From contig NC_086097.1 of NCBI RefSeq assembly GCF_963921235.1, positions 163,868,001 to 163,932,000 on the forward strand: a DNA stretch of 64,000 nt, given 5' to 3'. This DNA is from Mobula hypostoma (taxonomy: Eukaryota). The position numbers and the translations under genes are program-made. The notes below the pieces were generated by a model, which was given only the letters and a program-made list of their open reading frames with translations, searched no databases and had not been told where the DNA came from. This document shows positions 39,381-53,600 of this stretch, one piece after another (the stretch's first letter is position 1; each line of letters opens with the position of its first letter).

Positions 39381-39594
39381 AGCAACACACATAAAAGTTG
39401 CTGGTGAACGCAGCAGGCCAGGCAGCATCTCTAGGAAGAGGTACAGTCGACGTTTCAGGCTGAGACCCTTCATCAGGACCTCGGCCTGAAACGTCGACTG
39501 TACCTCTTCCTAGAGATGCTGCCTGGCCTGCTGCGTTCACCAGCAACTTTTATGTGTGTTGCTTGAATTTCCAGCATCTGCAGAATTCCTGTTG
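39381..39594. mobile_element. Palindromic Penelope-like mini-element with hammerhead on the minus strand (39445-39480)
   Basis: Inverted arms; 15-bp TSD TTTGCTTTCTCTCTT at 39366-39380 and 39595-39609. Confidence 0.9.
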
Positions 39595-40982
39595 TTTGCT
39601 TTCTCTCTTTCCCAGTTCTGACAAAGGGTCCTTGGGCTACTAAGTTAATTCTGTTTTTCTTTCTTCCCATTGGGGTAAAAGATCCCAAAGATCCATATCC
39701 TGTTTTTGTATATATTGAGTTCTCCCTTAAAACAATGTTCCCCACTTCTTGCAATGGATTCCAACATCAAACTATCTTTAAAATGGATCTGTGCCACCAG
39801 GATACCTTTAGCAAAGTGACCTAGGGCCTCATACTGCCAGAGATTTTTCACTTCTCAAGTAGGTGTGATGCTAAAGATGCCTTATTCGAAAACAGAGCAA
39901 ATGTGTAGAGACTTCCACTGAGTACATGACTAGCAGTGGCTGCTGGTTCATATTTGGAAAGCATGCACTCAGTAAAAAAAATCCTCTGCCGAAAAGGAAC
40001 TGTGGCATTTGAGTTTAACTTTATGTGGAAATTAATGGCTGGAAAGATTAGTCAAGTCCTCCTCCTGCTATTAAAGAGGAGCAGTGATCTTCCAGTATCA
40101 TTGGATATTTGCATCTCAAACTCTCAGTTCAATTACAGAGTATTTCTGTGCTAATGTTTTGCTTTAATCCAATCTAATAAGGCTGATATTACACTTCGTT
40201 CTTGGATGCGTTGCAGTGAAACTTTTCAGATAGGAAACTTTCAGGAACCAGCAAGATGAAACTTCCAGTTCATCAGATAAGGTCAACTTCTAATCCAGTT
40301 TCTGAAAGATACAGGACCGTGTACAAGTCCCATCCTTTCCTACAGGGTTTATCCATCATAATTAAAACAGTGGGATGAGAGATGCCTCGTATTTTTACGG
40401 AGTTTTTAGGACCTGAAAAATAAATTGCAGTGAGCTTCTTTACATAAAGGCTATTCCAATTCTTTGGACTGAAAGGTGTTTCAAGCCATTTCTTAGAGGT
40501 GTGAGTAAAAGCTGGGGCCCAAGACACCAACGATTGAAAAGCAAAAAAAAACAAAATGCAAATGCTAGAAATGTGAGATAAAAACAAAAAAAAACTGGAA
40601 CCATTTGGTAGGTTAGGCTGCATCTATGGAGAGAGAAACTAGTAAACAGAACCTGGTGAATATCTAGGTAGCCCAAGATCAAAGGGGTGGAGAATTCTGG
40701 TTGCATGGTTGTAAGCACTGAAAGCCAAGGTCAGGAACTCCATAGTGTTTAATTTAATAATAGTAAAAAGACACATAAAGGAACAGGAGCCAAGGACTGA
40801 AGGGTCAAGTAAGCGGAACATACGTGACCTAACTGGGCTGAATGTTCTTTGTTTACTACCCCATCCAGTTATAAATAATCAAGGCAGAATTTCAAGTCAT
40901 GAGCATGGTTCAGAAATGAATTATGAAGCTGAAGACTTAACTCAGCAAGACTAAATCACCGGGGAAGGTTTGGATTTTCAAT

Positions 40983-41135
40983 CAATCTGCTAGGAGAACT
41001 CAATGGGTCATGCAACATCTGTTAGGGGAAAGGAACTGTTAACCTTTCTGGTCAAAGCCCTGCATCCATCCCACAGAGCTACTTCACCTGTTGAAATCTT
41101 CCAGCAAGTTGTTTGTTGCTCTCGATTCCAGCGTC
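40983..41135. mobile_element. Old inverted Penelope-like mini-element
   Basis: CAATCTGCTAGGAGAACTCAATGGGTCA ... TCACCTGTTGAAATCTTCCAGCAAGTTGTTTGTTGCTC degenerate inverted pair. Confidence 0.55.
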
Positions 41136-44100
41136 CCTTCTGTCCGAAGTCTGGATTTTGTTGCGCTATAGCAAGGACATCAAGTAACACAGCGGAAGGC
41201 TGACAATAATTATTACATTCAAAGTCTGAACTAGAAAAGGACAAAGAATTGACAAAAACACTTCTTAAATTTTCTTCATTTAAGAAGTGGCTGAATAAAT
41301 CAGTGTGTTAAAATGACAGAATCGGTTGCCGGGCATCTTGATGGGATGAACTGTAGAGGACATTTGGATGGCTCAACCTATCTAGTTTGAACTAAAAATG
41401 GTATCTTTGATAGAGTGCACAGTTCTATTGAATGTCCTGTTTCACTGTTAACTTCTAATGGATGGTGAAATGCTTGTTTATTGCTTAAAGCTAATTTTCA
41501 TACAGTTTGTACAACCTAAGTGTTCGGTTCAGATTAAACAGACACAAAAGAGCATTATGAAGGCATGTGTACAGATTCCACTGAAGTGTATTGGTGAAAC
41601 ATAAACTGAACAACAGAAATCCTTTGCTTTGCAGTCAGTTTCATATAAACAGGAACAAGATCAAATTTCAAAGAGTTTTTACACTAGTAAATACATAGAG
41701 GTGACTAAAAACAGCAATATAGTTGAGGAGGTAGCCGCAGATTTAGCAGAATCTGTAGATTCTTAGGAAAACTTTATCGCGGGCAAGTAAACTGCTTCTC
41801 TTGGGTGAATTCAGCTGCAGAAAGGCATCTGTCAGCAGAGGAAGAGATGTTTATCTTTGAGGTACACGCTATTCTGAGAGGGATGGACAGTTGAGATGCC
41901 AAGAAGCTAGTTATTTTCAGACTGCAGAGCCTAGAACTGGGGTCATGGTCTTGGGATAGGGGGTCGGCCACTCAGCATTAATCTGGGGAGAAATATTCTT
42001 ATGCAAAGGGCTTGTTGATCTTTGGAATTCTCCACCTGAGTGGATGCTCTGTTTCTCATTGCATCCTGAGATAAGGTTGACAGGTGCTTAGACAGCTCTT
42101 CGCTTCCTGGTCCCAGCACCTGTCAGAAGATATGGGAGTCAGGAAGCAAAGGGGACTAAAGGAATAAGAACAGACATGATTGAGTAGCTATGGTAGGTGT
42201 GTGATCTGCTTGTGCTTCCATTTCTTCTGCTGTATGTTGGTTGTGATTTTGAACCAGAGTACAGTTTTAACAGCAATAATGGCAGAAGTTAACTGAGTAA
42301 TGACGTCATGCAAGACACACATGAACACAAATTGGCCAGAATACATTGATTCTGATATTAATTTACTGTAGACATGATAAATAAGTATATTATGCTTCAT
42401 ATTGTAAGTGGAAAATGCAGCTAATTCCACATACAAAACTGCTAATATTTGCTTCTCCTTCCCCCATTAAGTTTTGTCCCCTATAACCGGTATGGGCTCA
42501 GACTGGTATTAAATAGTACATTGATTTTAAAGATTTGACCTCATTTTACTTGAAAATGCTTGAAAATAGATAGAATCCAGAAGTCTCCGGGAAACATTTT
42601 CCATTGCAATGCATTAAGGCTGAACATCCTGTTCCTCTGTTAAACTTGCAGTGGAGGTGGATATGTTTGATGTGTTTACTTGTTTATTTTGGTACAATTT
42701 GTAGAATTTGACCAGAATTAATTTTTGGTTCAGATTAAAGAAACAAAGAGTATTATGAATGTGCCTGTGGACAAATTCCACTGAAGAATGTTGGCAGAAC
42801 ATGCATTGAACAACAGAAAAACTTTGCTCTGCAGTCAGTTTTATGTAAATAGAGAATAAGATTAAATACTAAATCCCTGTGTCAAAATAAACATCATTTT
42901 CTTAGCAGAACAAATATTCATTCTACCACATGGTGTATTGTGAGACTTTGATGGAACGTATGTACAGTTAAAGGAGAAAAGGAATCCAGAAAATATTCTA
43001 CCTACATTAATAAACCTTCATAATGTTTAGTTTTCTGAAATGGGGTTTGGTAATATCATAAATTTCCCTGTACAGTAATAATACACATCACAATAATTGA
43101 ACAAAATGAGCAATTTTTGTCAGAAATTATAATATTTAGAGGGAGCACAGAAAAGATTCAATCTACTCAAAACTGTTGATTGTGGCACTTTGAAACTAAG
43201 CCACCTGGGTGCTCAAATTTGGGCATCCAAAATAATACTGATTGTTGTAATGGAATTTAAAGTGTGAAGTTCCGCAAGATTGTGCTGCAAATTGAACCTG
43301 AAATGAGAATTGATCAGAACGCTGCTTTTGGTTCTTGTCCCATTTCATTCCCTTCTGGAAAAACAAAGCTCAATCTATAGCAGTGAAGATTAAATGTGGA
43401 ATGAAAAGTGCCGGGGGCTGGAAACCAGGCTGAAGCTGCCTTCTGCACCATGACAGTGTCATACTGCTGGAAGCCGGGTTGACATTGCCATTGAAGACAC
43501 CTTTGAAAGGAAGATAGGAAATGCCCAGGGAATTCTGAGCAGCCACATTAAATTCGCATAGGGTCAGGCTTTATGGGCTCAAATGATGCTTTTATTCCTG
43601 AAAGAAGCCTCCCACTGCACTCCTGACAATGATGAAACCTGCTGGAGTTGCCTTGTCTTTGTTGCTGACTGGAAGGAGCAATTCCATTAGTCTCTGAGTG
43701 AGCAGGAAATGTGAAAGCTGCTGTCATTTAGTAGCAATTATCCACTTGTGGTGAATTCCATCTGAGGTCAGAAAGGAAACTAACAAAGAACTGATCTTGT
43801 CACTGTGTTGATGAAATGGTGTGGAGCTAAAAGCAAGTGGTGTTTTACATGTACAAAGTATGAAACCGAACTATTGCTGGAGCTTGTACTTCTTTAGTAC
43901 AAGCTACAGTAACCTTGCTTAATTTTTGTGTCTTTATACAGGTCTCTACTGGTACACATTTAACAAGCTGCTAATGTCATTTAGTAGTACAGTGAGGCTG
44001 CATTTTAAGGGATCTATCAGCACTTATACCTGACAATATATCTCTTTGCTAGTGATTTAATGCATCCTTCTGTCAGCAGAAACTGTTAACCAATGTTGAA

Positions 44101-46339
44101 ATGCTGCAGTGTAACCTTTCTAAGTTTTGTGAAAAACTCTTTCCCATTCAGGAACCTTGCTTGAAATGAAATGGAAATTAGGTCTAGATCTGCTTCAGAT
44201 GCACACATTTTCTAAAGTATCGAAAGGGCTGGGTGACTTGCAATTCATATTCTTAAGCTGACACATGCTTACATTGGCAGAAATTCAAGGCAAATCAAGG
44301 ATCAACTTTATTCGCCATATACATTTACATGTTGCCTTTGTGTATTGGTGCAATATGCAATGGAAAGCAACAACTTTCAACAATTATAAAGAATAAACAA
44401 TTCTATAAAAATAAAGGTAAAAGTACAGATATGGAAAAAATATGCATATGTGCATAAATACCAGCACATCTTTACAATCTACACAGCATTATAAAATGTC
44501 CATACCATCTTGTCCACACTATTTCTCTGGAGAGGCTGCATAGTTCAAGCTAACAGCAGGAGAATGTTTATTTGGATTCATCCCTGTATTTCCATTTCAT
44601 CTGGGTGTGGCATTTATCTGATCCAAACCCGCAATTTGGGACAAAACTCTCATAAAGAGTGGAACACACTCAGGATGGAATGGATTGAAGAATAGACTTT
44701 AGAGTTAGCAAGAGTGTGGACGTGTTTCAGGGACTGAGGCTGGACCAGGTAATACTTTCATATTCACAAGTGCAAGGATAGTACATCACCTGTGACCCAG
44801 GTTCAAATCTCACCTGCAGTACTGTCTGTAGGATCTCCCTGTCACCCAGTGAGTTCTCTTCAGCCATCTTGATTGCCAAATGACAGTTAGGTCACTAGGT
44901 TAATTGACCACTGTGAATTACCCTGAGTGTATGGGTAGGTGGTAAAATCTGGGGGAACTGATGGGAATGTATGGAAAAGATGTTACAGGGAAATTAAGTG
45001 GGAAAACAGGATTGCTGTGTGAGCAGCGTAGACTCAAAGGGCTTGAGAGGCTGCCTTTCTGGTAAGCTGACTTTCTGGCAGAGTACTAATTCTCTGAAGT
45101 ATGGTGAAATAGAGAAATTAGAACTTGAATTTCTCTGAAATGTGTGCTGAATCTCTGAGTATCTTGGAGAGACTGGGACTGCAGAAGATCATTGCAGATG
45201 TCGTTTGACCTCCTAGCCTACTACTATTTACCCGGGTTGCAAGAGTTTCTATTTTGGGTCATGGATGTTTTGCGTCATTGTACGAAGATGCTATGAACAC
45301 AGGGAATGGTAGTGGAGGATATGGGAACAGTTTGCAATGAACTGGACTGCAAGGCTCCAGCCACCCCAGTGCAGGGCACGTCGGAAGACCAGTTGGTCAT
45401 CCCCTGCCAGTCACTTGTGCCAGTTTGGAAGAAGGCAGCTCACTGCTGGCAGTTATTCCATTTCCCTGTGACTGGGGAACTGTCTCAGTCTACTAACACT
45501 AAAGTGATTGCCAGTGAAGTCTGCTGCAACCCCTGGGAATTTTACAAACTTTACTTTTCCCGGCTTGCCATTGTGCATGAGTGAGGAGCAGATGCAGAGT
45601 GTGGCTTCCTGTCGGAGTCCGTTCCTCACCACTGCCTGCAAGGCAATTCAAGTCAGCTTTGTAGCCAATTGATGCTGCACAGTGTGTGTGCACACAAAAC
45701 CTAGGCTGCTTTGCATAAACCCACTCTGTGCAGGACAATTTGTCTGGAAATACTATGGCTCTGAATTTATCTGCAGTTAATTATATTCCAATCCCAGCTT
45801 TGTCTCAGTGAAGTTTATCTTAGAGTTTGAGTCTTCCCGTAGGGAAACAAACTCTGCAGCCCACCACGTCCATGCAGACATCTACACAAACCCCCACTTT
45901 ACAACTTGTAGCCCATTTCTATTGCTTGACCAGAACTTTCTCTAATATTCTGATAACCTTTGCCACCTCTTTTCCTTAATATGACAGCATGAATTGTTGA
46001 AAATAAACTTGAAGTTCCCTGAGCCTTCTTCCACTGGAGGTTTTCACTCTACCCATCTCCAGCTGCTTTAGTCCCTGGCCAGGAAAACCACTGAATTTAC
46101 AGTCACTAACATGTAGCTAATGTGATGGCCAAAGGGGAAATGGCAATGGTCTTCCCAGAACAGAGCTGGGTGAAAGGTGATCTGAGGACACTTAAATTTA
46201 CCGATAGTCCAGATGAACTGAGGAAAGGGAAACTCCTCCTAAAGGCTGAAATAAAAAGTTTATATGGGCAGGATTTCTTCAGTGCATCCAAGAGGGGTAA
46301 GTGGATAATTCAACTAGAAGAGAAAATGTACTGGACCTG

Positions 46340-47650
46340 GTTTTACGACATAAACTTGGTTAAATGGTAGACCTGGTACTGAGTGAAGATTTTGTGAGTA
46401 GTGACCACAACTCATAATGTCTTGAAATAGGAGTGAACATAAGATAAGATCTTTAGGAAGATATTAAATTGAGGAAGGGCAAATTGCAGCACGATATGAC
46501 AAGAGCAATGGGACGCTGATTGTCCCCAGTAGCTGCTGTTGTTCGAGTCCACGTTTGACTTGTGGGAGTTGTTTAAAGACCAGCTGATCAGAGTTTACGA
46601 GCAGCATATTCCTGGAAGAAGGAAAGTGAGGTAAGGTAAACTGGAATGACTCAAGAATTTTTCTGTTTAGTCAGGAAGACCTACTTACAGGAAAGATGAA
46701 AGAATACTTAGAAAATGTACAAGGATGTTGCTGGATCTTGAGGACCTGAGTTAAAGGGAAAGGTGGAATCGGTTAGGAACTTAATCCTTAGAATGTGGTA
46801 GATTGAGGGAAGATTTGATAGAGTAATATAAAAATTATGAGGGGTATAAATGGGGTAAATGCAGGCAGGCTTTTTCCACTGAGGTTGGGCACGACTACAA
46901 TTAGAGGTCATGGGTTAAATGTGAAAACTAAAATGTTTGTGGGGAAGATGAAGGCAAACTTCTTCACTCAAAGGGTGGTGAGAGTGTGGAACAAGCTGCC
47001 AGCAGAAGTGGTGGATACAGGGTCAAATTCAATACTTAAGAGAAATTTGGATAGGTACATGGAAGGGAGGGGTCTGAAGAGCTATGGCACGGGTGCAAGT
47101 GTTTGAGCTTGGAAGAATAGAGGTTTGGCATGGTCTAGATGATCTGTTTCTATGCTGTTGTGTTCTGTGACAATGATTTTATGACTCCAACTATTTTATT
47201 TTAAGAAACAGAGGGGAATGTTGGTCCACACAAGGATAAAGGAGAGGAGTCGTGCTTGGTATTACAGCAAATGGCTAAGGTAGTAATTCAGTACTTTATG
47301 TCAGTGTTTACTGAGGAGAAGGAATTGGAGGATAGTGAGGGCAGTGTGGTGCATGCAAATAATGGACAGCATTTTGAGACTGAGGAGGAGGTAGCATTGG
47401 GTCCTCTGAAAAGCACTAAGATGGATAAAGCACTAGGACCCAATGGTATAATCCCAAAGTATTGAAAGAAGCAAGTGAGGAAATTGCAGGGGCATTGACA
47501 TAGATCTTGATGTCTAACGGGTGAGGACGCAGAGCAATGGAAAGTAGGAAAGGCTATGCCTTTGTTCAAGAAAGGAAGTAGGGATAATCCAGGTAATTAT
47601 AGGGCAGTAAGCCTCACATCAATGATAGGGAAGCTATTGGAGAGAGAGTG
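46340..47650 (+). mobile_element. Old CR1 ORF2 remnant with a younger CR1 3' end nested at about 46705-47170
   Basis: NFFTQRVVRVWNKLP (insert); YFMSVFTEE...DKALGPNGI and KGSRDNPGNYRAVSLTS (CR1 RT N-terminal motifs). Confidence 0.8.
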
Positions 47651-50600
47651 GATTCATGCACATTGCCATGGCATGGCATGGGTTACATAGGGTCTATTGG
47701 CATGGCTCTGTGCAGTACAACTTTATTCATAACTCTTCAAGGAGTGATAAAGTTGTACAGCACAGATATGGGCCCATCAGCTCACCCTGTCCAGCCCAAC
47801 CTTTTTGCCCATCAATGCAGATTTTGTATTGCCTGCATTAGGATTGTATCATTGTATGCCTTTGCTATAGATGTCTGTCTAAATGCCTCTTAAAAATAGT
47901 ATTGTATTTGATTCTATTTCCTTCTCTAGTGGCCACTCTGTGTAAAAAGACTTGCCCCTCATATCCCCTTTAAACTTTCTACCTCTCACCTTAAAATTGT
48001 GTCCCCTTGTTCTCGACACCCTTCACATGGGAAAAATATATAAAACATATAACTATCTACATCTCCATTAATATAAATTTCTATTAGGTCACCCCCAGCC
48101 TCATTTTCTTCAGAGAAAGCAGTCCGTCTTTTCTAATCTCTCCCCATTAGATTGCTAAAATACACCAAGCTGAGTAACTGATTGGATGGTTGGCTCACTC
48201 AATGTTCATGACATTCATAAAGGCTTAACTAAATATCAAAATGTTTTGAAGATGTTCTAGAATCGGGCTGATCATGGACATTGATGTTCTTCCTTCAGTT
48301 TCTTATCCTCCTTTCCAGAATCTATAAACCTGTACAGTGAGGTGTCCATTTTCATGAGCTGTTTCATTGAGCTACCTCAATGTGCTGATGTGATAAAATG
48401 TTCTGTATAGGTGGCATGGGAAATATTCTGACACAGACCCTTCATACATGTGATAATAATAAAACAAGTTACCAATTGACCATGTGTTTTGCTCGCCACA
48501 AATCAAAATGAGAGCTGATTTTTTGGCTTGTTTTTGTGAGCCTACACCTCATATGTCCTTCACTCGAGCAGGAGGCCCAAGGACACCAAACAGCCTTTTG
48601 ATCAATATGCTTTTCCTTAACCCAGTGGAACCAAGAACAATTTGCACTACTTGGCTGAGATTAACCCATCTCCACATGAGTCAAATCTTGGCCCTAAGGT
48701 ATTTGCATATGGCTGGGATTTACCGAGTGGGACCCAAGCAATTGTAGAATTAAATTGATGTTATTATGCTGCCTGAATGTCAAAACTTTGAAGGTCACAG
48801 AAGCAGCCAGATGACAAAAAAAACATTTTACGACAAAATTATTCTCATCCAGAATTTTATTCTGTACTTCAACTATTTTCTCGGTGCTATAACTTTCAAA
48901 GCCCTATGATAGATGTGTGTGCAACAGCATTAATTTTAAATTAGCTGACAAATACGATATTGAATGGTCTGAGCTGGCAGTCACGTGCTAAGAATCCATT
49001 TATTACTCTGCGATATTGGCACGTAGCACCATTACATTTTGAGACTAACTAATGACACAATTACCCAGTGTTAATTGTGCCTGTACCTAGTGGGTAGTTA
49101 TGCAAAGTACTTGGCAATAAATATTCATTAGAAGCCATTGCTTCACAGTACATTCAAGTACTTAGTTATCTATTACTTTCCATGTCTCTGTTCATCATAA
49201 TAACAGATGGAATTTATCCTAGCTACTGATCATTGTTCTGTCACCGAGACGAAGATATAGAGCCTTATAACTTTTGCTAGCAATTGCCACTTTGTTGCTG
49301 GTGTAAAACAAACAATAAAATGCCCTTCCTAAAACTTTTAATGCAACTTGCTAAATTCAGTTTCAGCTAAGAGTGATACCCAAAAAAGCACTCTGGCAGT
49401 AAGTTTACAGGCAGTGTGATTCCTCCCCCATGAAATTGAAGTGATTTGTGTGACAAGCTGATCATGTTTTATTGTGCTGTGAGAATGGTTTAAATATCTG
49501 AGATGTTTTGAAATATACCAATTTGATTGTTTAATTGATTCAAAAGTGAACAATTAACCATGCCATTTGTGAAAGCGTGCTTAAAAACATGGTACTTTCG
49601 GCAGCATTGGCTGAGAGCAACATTATTTGAACATTGATGTTATGTTGTAATAAAGAACTACTACATTAAGGGGCTGCCTAATGTTTTAGAATTATCTCCA
49701 TTTTAGTTCTTTAGTACAGTTGTTTCTGATATCCAACTGCATACTGCAATGCTACTGTGTTTCTCCAGTGATGACAGTGAGCCACTTCGTTGACGATATT
49801 TCTGAGATGAGTTCTCTCAGGAGGGCAGTAGATATTCTTCTTAAAGTTCCTTTGGTTAACAAGAGTTTGTTTGCTGATACTCATTGTTGTGTTGTGTGCA
49901 GGAACTAGGATTTAATATTTTGGAGAAGTTAGAGGAATTGGCTTTTAAGATTGCCTTTGCCGTGACTGTTTGTAATGTTTCCAGAGCTGAACACGGGTTG
50001 ACTTGATTCTGGGACTAGTGCTTTAGTCTGGACCACAACACTGCCATTTAAGAAAACTAAGAGAGGGACCCAAGGCAGAGTTAATGGCTGGAAGAATCAA
50101 AGGGGAATTGATGGATATACAGTATGTGGGAGCAAATAAGCTGCAAGGATGCAGGGAAGTAAGGAGTTGGGAAATAATGGACCCATGAGCCCAGGCCTGG
50201 ATCTGATGGGCGAAGTGACCTCCGTCCGTATCATTCTAGGTAGAACAAGCACAATGGTGGTTGAGGCTGGTGTCACTTTGAATAAGCTGTATTTTGTTCC
50301 TTTCCTTCAACATGAGGAATATTAATCATGTAATCCATTACAATGGAGTAGAAACAAAGTAAGAGGAGAAATTTATCTTTGATTTCAATATTAGGCATAT
50401 GACAGAGCCTCAGTGACTAATGGTGCGCACTGTCTGCACATTAATTTCTATTCATTTACAGAATGTGGGCATCCTGACAAGGCTGGTACAAGTTGCCCTT
50501 GAGAAGTTAACAGCTGCTCTTTTAAACCACTGCAGTTCTTCTCTTGAAGATTCAGGAAAAGATTCAAAATTTAGATCCCAGTATTAATAAAGCATCTATT

Positions 50601-53600
50601 TCTAAATTGGGAATGGTGCATTACTTAGAAAAGAACTTGCAAGGAGAGATTATGATGTCCCTGCTCACCTTATCCTTTGAGGCCATAAAGATTATTAAAC
50701 ATAGAGCATTATAGGACAGAACAGGCCTTTAGCTCAAGATATTGTACCAAACTTTCAACTTACTCTAAGATCAATCTAACCCTTACCTTACCACCTCCTA
50801 TCAACATGCTTGGTCTTCGTCCAATCAACTTAAAATTATGCCCCCTCATATTAGCAATTTCCTCCCTAGGAAAATTTGTGTACCTGACAGTCGGGAGCTA
50901 CTGTGAGTAATGTATTTCCCTTTACTGTACCATAATCTTCTTTGCTGCAATTGGAAAGGAAAGGATCTAATGTGATTATTGTTTGATCTCAGGCAACTGA
51001 CAGGAACATACCTAAAGGAAGAAAAGTGGAAAGTAAAGTCAGCTTAAGACTCATACATATTGGGGAGATGGGGTAACATTAGGAAATCTTTTCTGGAGCT
51101 GAGTAAACCTTGTGTGGGAATGTGTAGGATGGTGGCTACTTTTAAATGGAAAGTCACTGAGTGCCATTGAGTTTGCACATTAGAGAAACGGAAGTAGCTA
51201 AAAAATAAAATTGTGGAATCTTGTTCAAGAAGAAAGTAGGTGGTAAGTGTACAGTACAGTATAGGAATACATACATATTATCATGGAGCCAGTGGCACCA
51301 GAGTCCATTAGTTAATTTATTTGTGCACTCTGAGAACATTTTTTTCGGAATTCAGAATCAGAATAATGTTTAATATCACCAAAGTTTGTTGTGAAATTTT
51401 TAAAAATAATTCTCTGCTAAAACTTTGGAATTCATCAATCGGATTAAGTCCAGAATATCAAAGACTGAAAAAGCTAGAAGTTTGTAAATTTCCAGCCTGT
51501 GTTATGAGGAGAGAAAAAGCTGCTTTAGAATCCAAATGTTGAAAGATGGGCAAATAAAGGAAAGGAAACAAACAAAAAAGGGATGAGACATCACTGAGTT
51601 GGACTCAGGCTGATTGTCATTTATCCTGTTTCAAACTGGGGATTGTAATCAGGCAATAGGGAAGAGCATCAAAGAAAGAAAACACTCAGATATCCAAAGG
51701 TGGTGAGACATGGACAAAGGTGGGGGTATTGAAAGAAAAGCTTTATAGTGCTAATCTGACATTAAAATAGAAAAGACTGATGAAGAAACCTGCCCAGTCA
51801 TTAGCATTAAGCTATTGTCTGTTTACATATTTGAAAGCAATGAAATGAACAATGGATCAAAGCTGAGTTGCTCACCAGTGAGACCACCAGAGCCATACCA
51901 AGGGAAAAGGATTGAGCCCCTGTTGGAATCCATAAATTCTCTATAATGAATGCTGATTTTCCATACATTTCTGCACTAGTTTCCTTTTTAATTGGATACC
52001 CTTCTCCCCTCATTAATATATTCCGTTGAAACAAAAGCCTGTCTTACAATCCAAAATCTTACTCCAGCTCACCAGGATTCTGCTCAGATTTTAGATGACT
52101 CTCATCAACATAAGAAAGTGTCAAAATTTGAAATGAGGAAAACAGGCTCTTTAAAGCTTCAGCATTGTCAGCCCCCTGGAAACTTTCTAGAACAAAGGGT
52201 TTCTCTGGTCTTGGTCAACTAACCCATCTATTGCAGGTGTTGTAGACATTTGGAACTCACAGTTGACTCCACAAGTTTTTTTTAGTGCTAAACATCAATA
52301 GCATTTTGCACTTCTGTGCTGCTTAATATGATTCTCTAATTTAAGAATCCAGTGTGGTGAAAGGAAAGCAGAACTTCTGACTTCCCATTGATTTACATGA
52401 GTGGAAATAAAGTTAGACTGCACTGCATCCTGTAAGTGCCATGTCTTCTGACCATATCTTATTCCACACTCTTTTGTTTCAATTCCCAAAAGGAAACATT
52501 TACATTAATTGGGGACGTAGAGGAAGACAGTGATTCTGAACCACTTCAAAAGGAAACAAGTTTGCTTATTATTGAAAAGTTGTTGAAGGGAGATTACTTT
52601 AAAAAAGTTCATTTCATTAATATTCTTCAAAGTGAATACAGGTGAAAATAATCAGCGTGAATGGAAGTTTTATGAAATCCCATCACAATTTCAGAAGCAG
52701 ACCATTCAGGTGAAAGAGTCTTTACTGGTGTTTGTGCTGCTCGGGTACTTTTTTCATTCCACCTCAGGTTTTCTTTCAGCATTTCTGTAGAGTAACCAGT
52801 AATAAATGAAATGGTAATCTCAGCTAAAGTGCCTGGAAAACTTAAACAGCCAAAGAACTTCTTGCAAAATCTCCAAGCATATTAAATAACTTGAATCCAC
52901 TTTATAAATAATTAGTGCTGTTGAGATTTGGTCTAAAAAGAAACCAATGTTTTATTTAAGCCAAAGAAAATATCAATACAACTTAATGAAACAAGCAGCA
53001 GACTTCTTAAAGCTTCATCACGGTCAGATGCCAAGAACTCTCAGGAGCAAATGAACCAGCTTCATTATTCATGTGACTTGTCATGATAAATGTTCAGTGC
53101 TGATTCCAAGATCGTCAGTTGGTAACAGGGATGAAACTATATGAAGTTATTCTCTTTGTAACTTGATCTTAGAAGAGGCTGAAAGTGTTCAGCAGGCGCA
53201 ACTGCAGGAAGAGAAACAGAGTCATCATGAACCCTATTTCTCTTCCCACAGATGCTGCCTGACCCTGGTGTGTATTTCCAGTACATTCTGTTTTTATTTT
53301 AAATATGCGGCAGCATATTTTTTTGTTATGCAGCTTGAAACTCAGTGTTGTGACACCCAAACATTGATCTTCATTAATTGAATGGAAAGATCCATCTTTT
53401 GGGATACCTGTGCTTGACTGTGCACATGTGTAAATCCTGATTTGCTGGCTATTAGATGAGTGAATGCAGGCAACACCATCAAAAACCAGCACTTAGCACC
53501 AGAATCTGAGCCACAGGTTCCAAGCACCATTGGGAGGGCAAATCAACACAAGTTTGCCCCACAATGCAAGGAGTGATAGTAATTTTAGAGTTGAAAACAC

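Noticed and set aside
10216..39594. Hairpin elements read as DNA-transposon MITEs or a CRISPR-like array
   Set aside because: Copies are dispersed, have asymmetric ends, variable centres and long variable TSDs, and link to a GIY-YIG PLE; no regular repeat-spacer structure or cas genes.
43881..43905. Perfect 10-bp hairpin AGCTTGTACT-N5-AGTACAAGCT
   Set aside because: A stem of this size is expected by chance in 64 kb; no supporting context.
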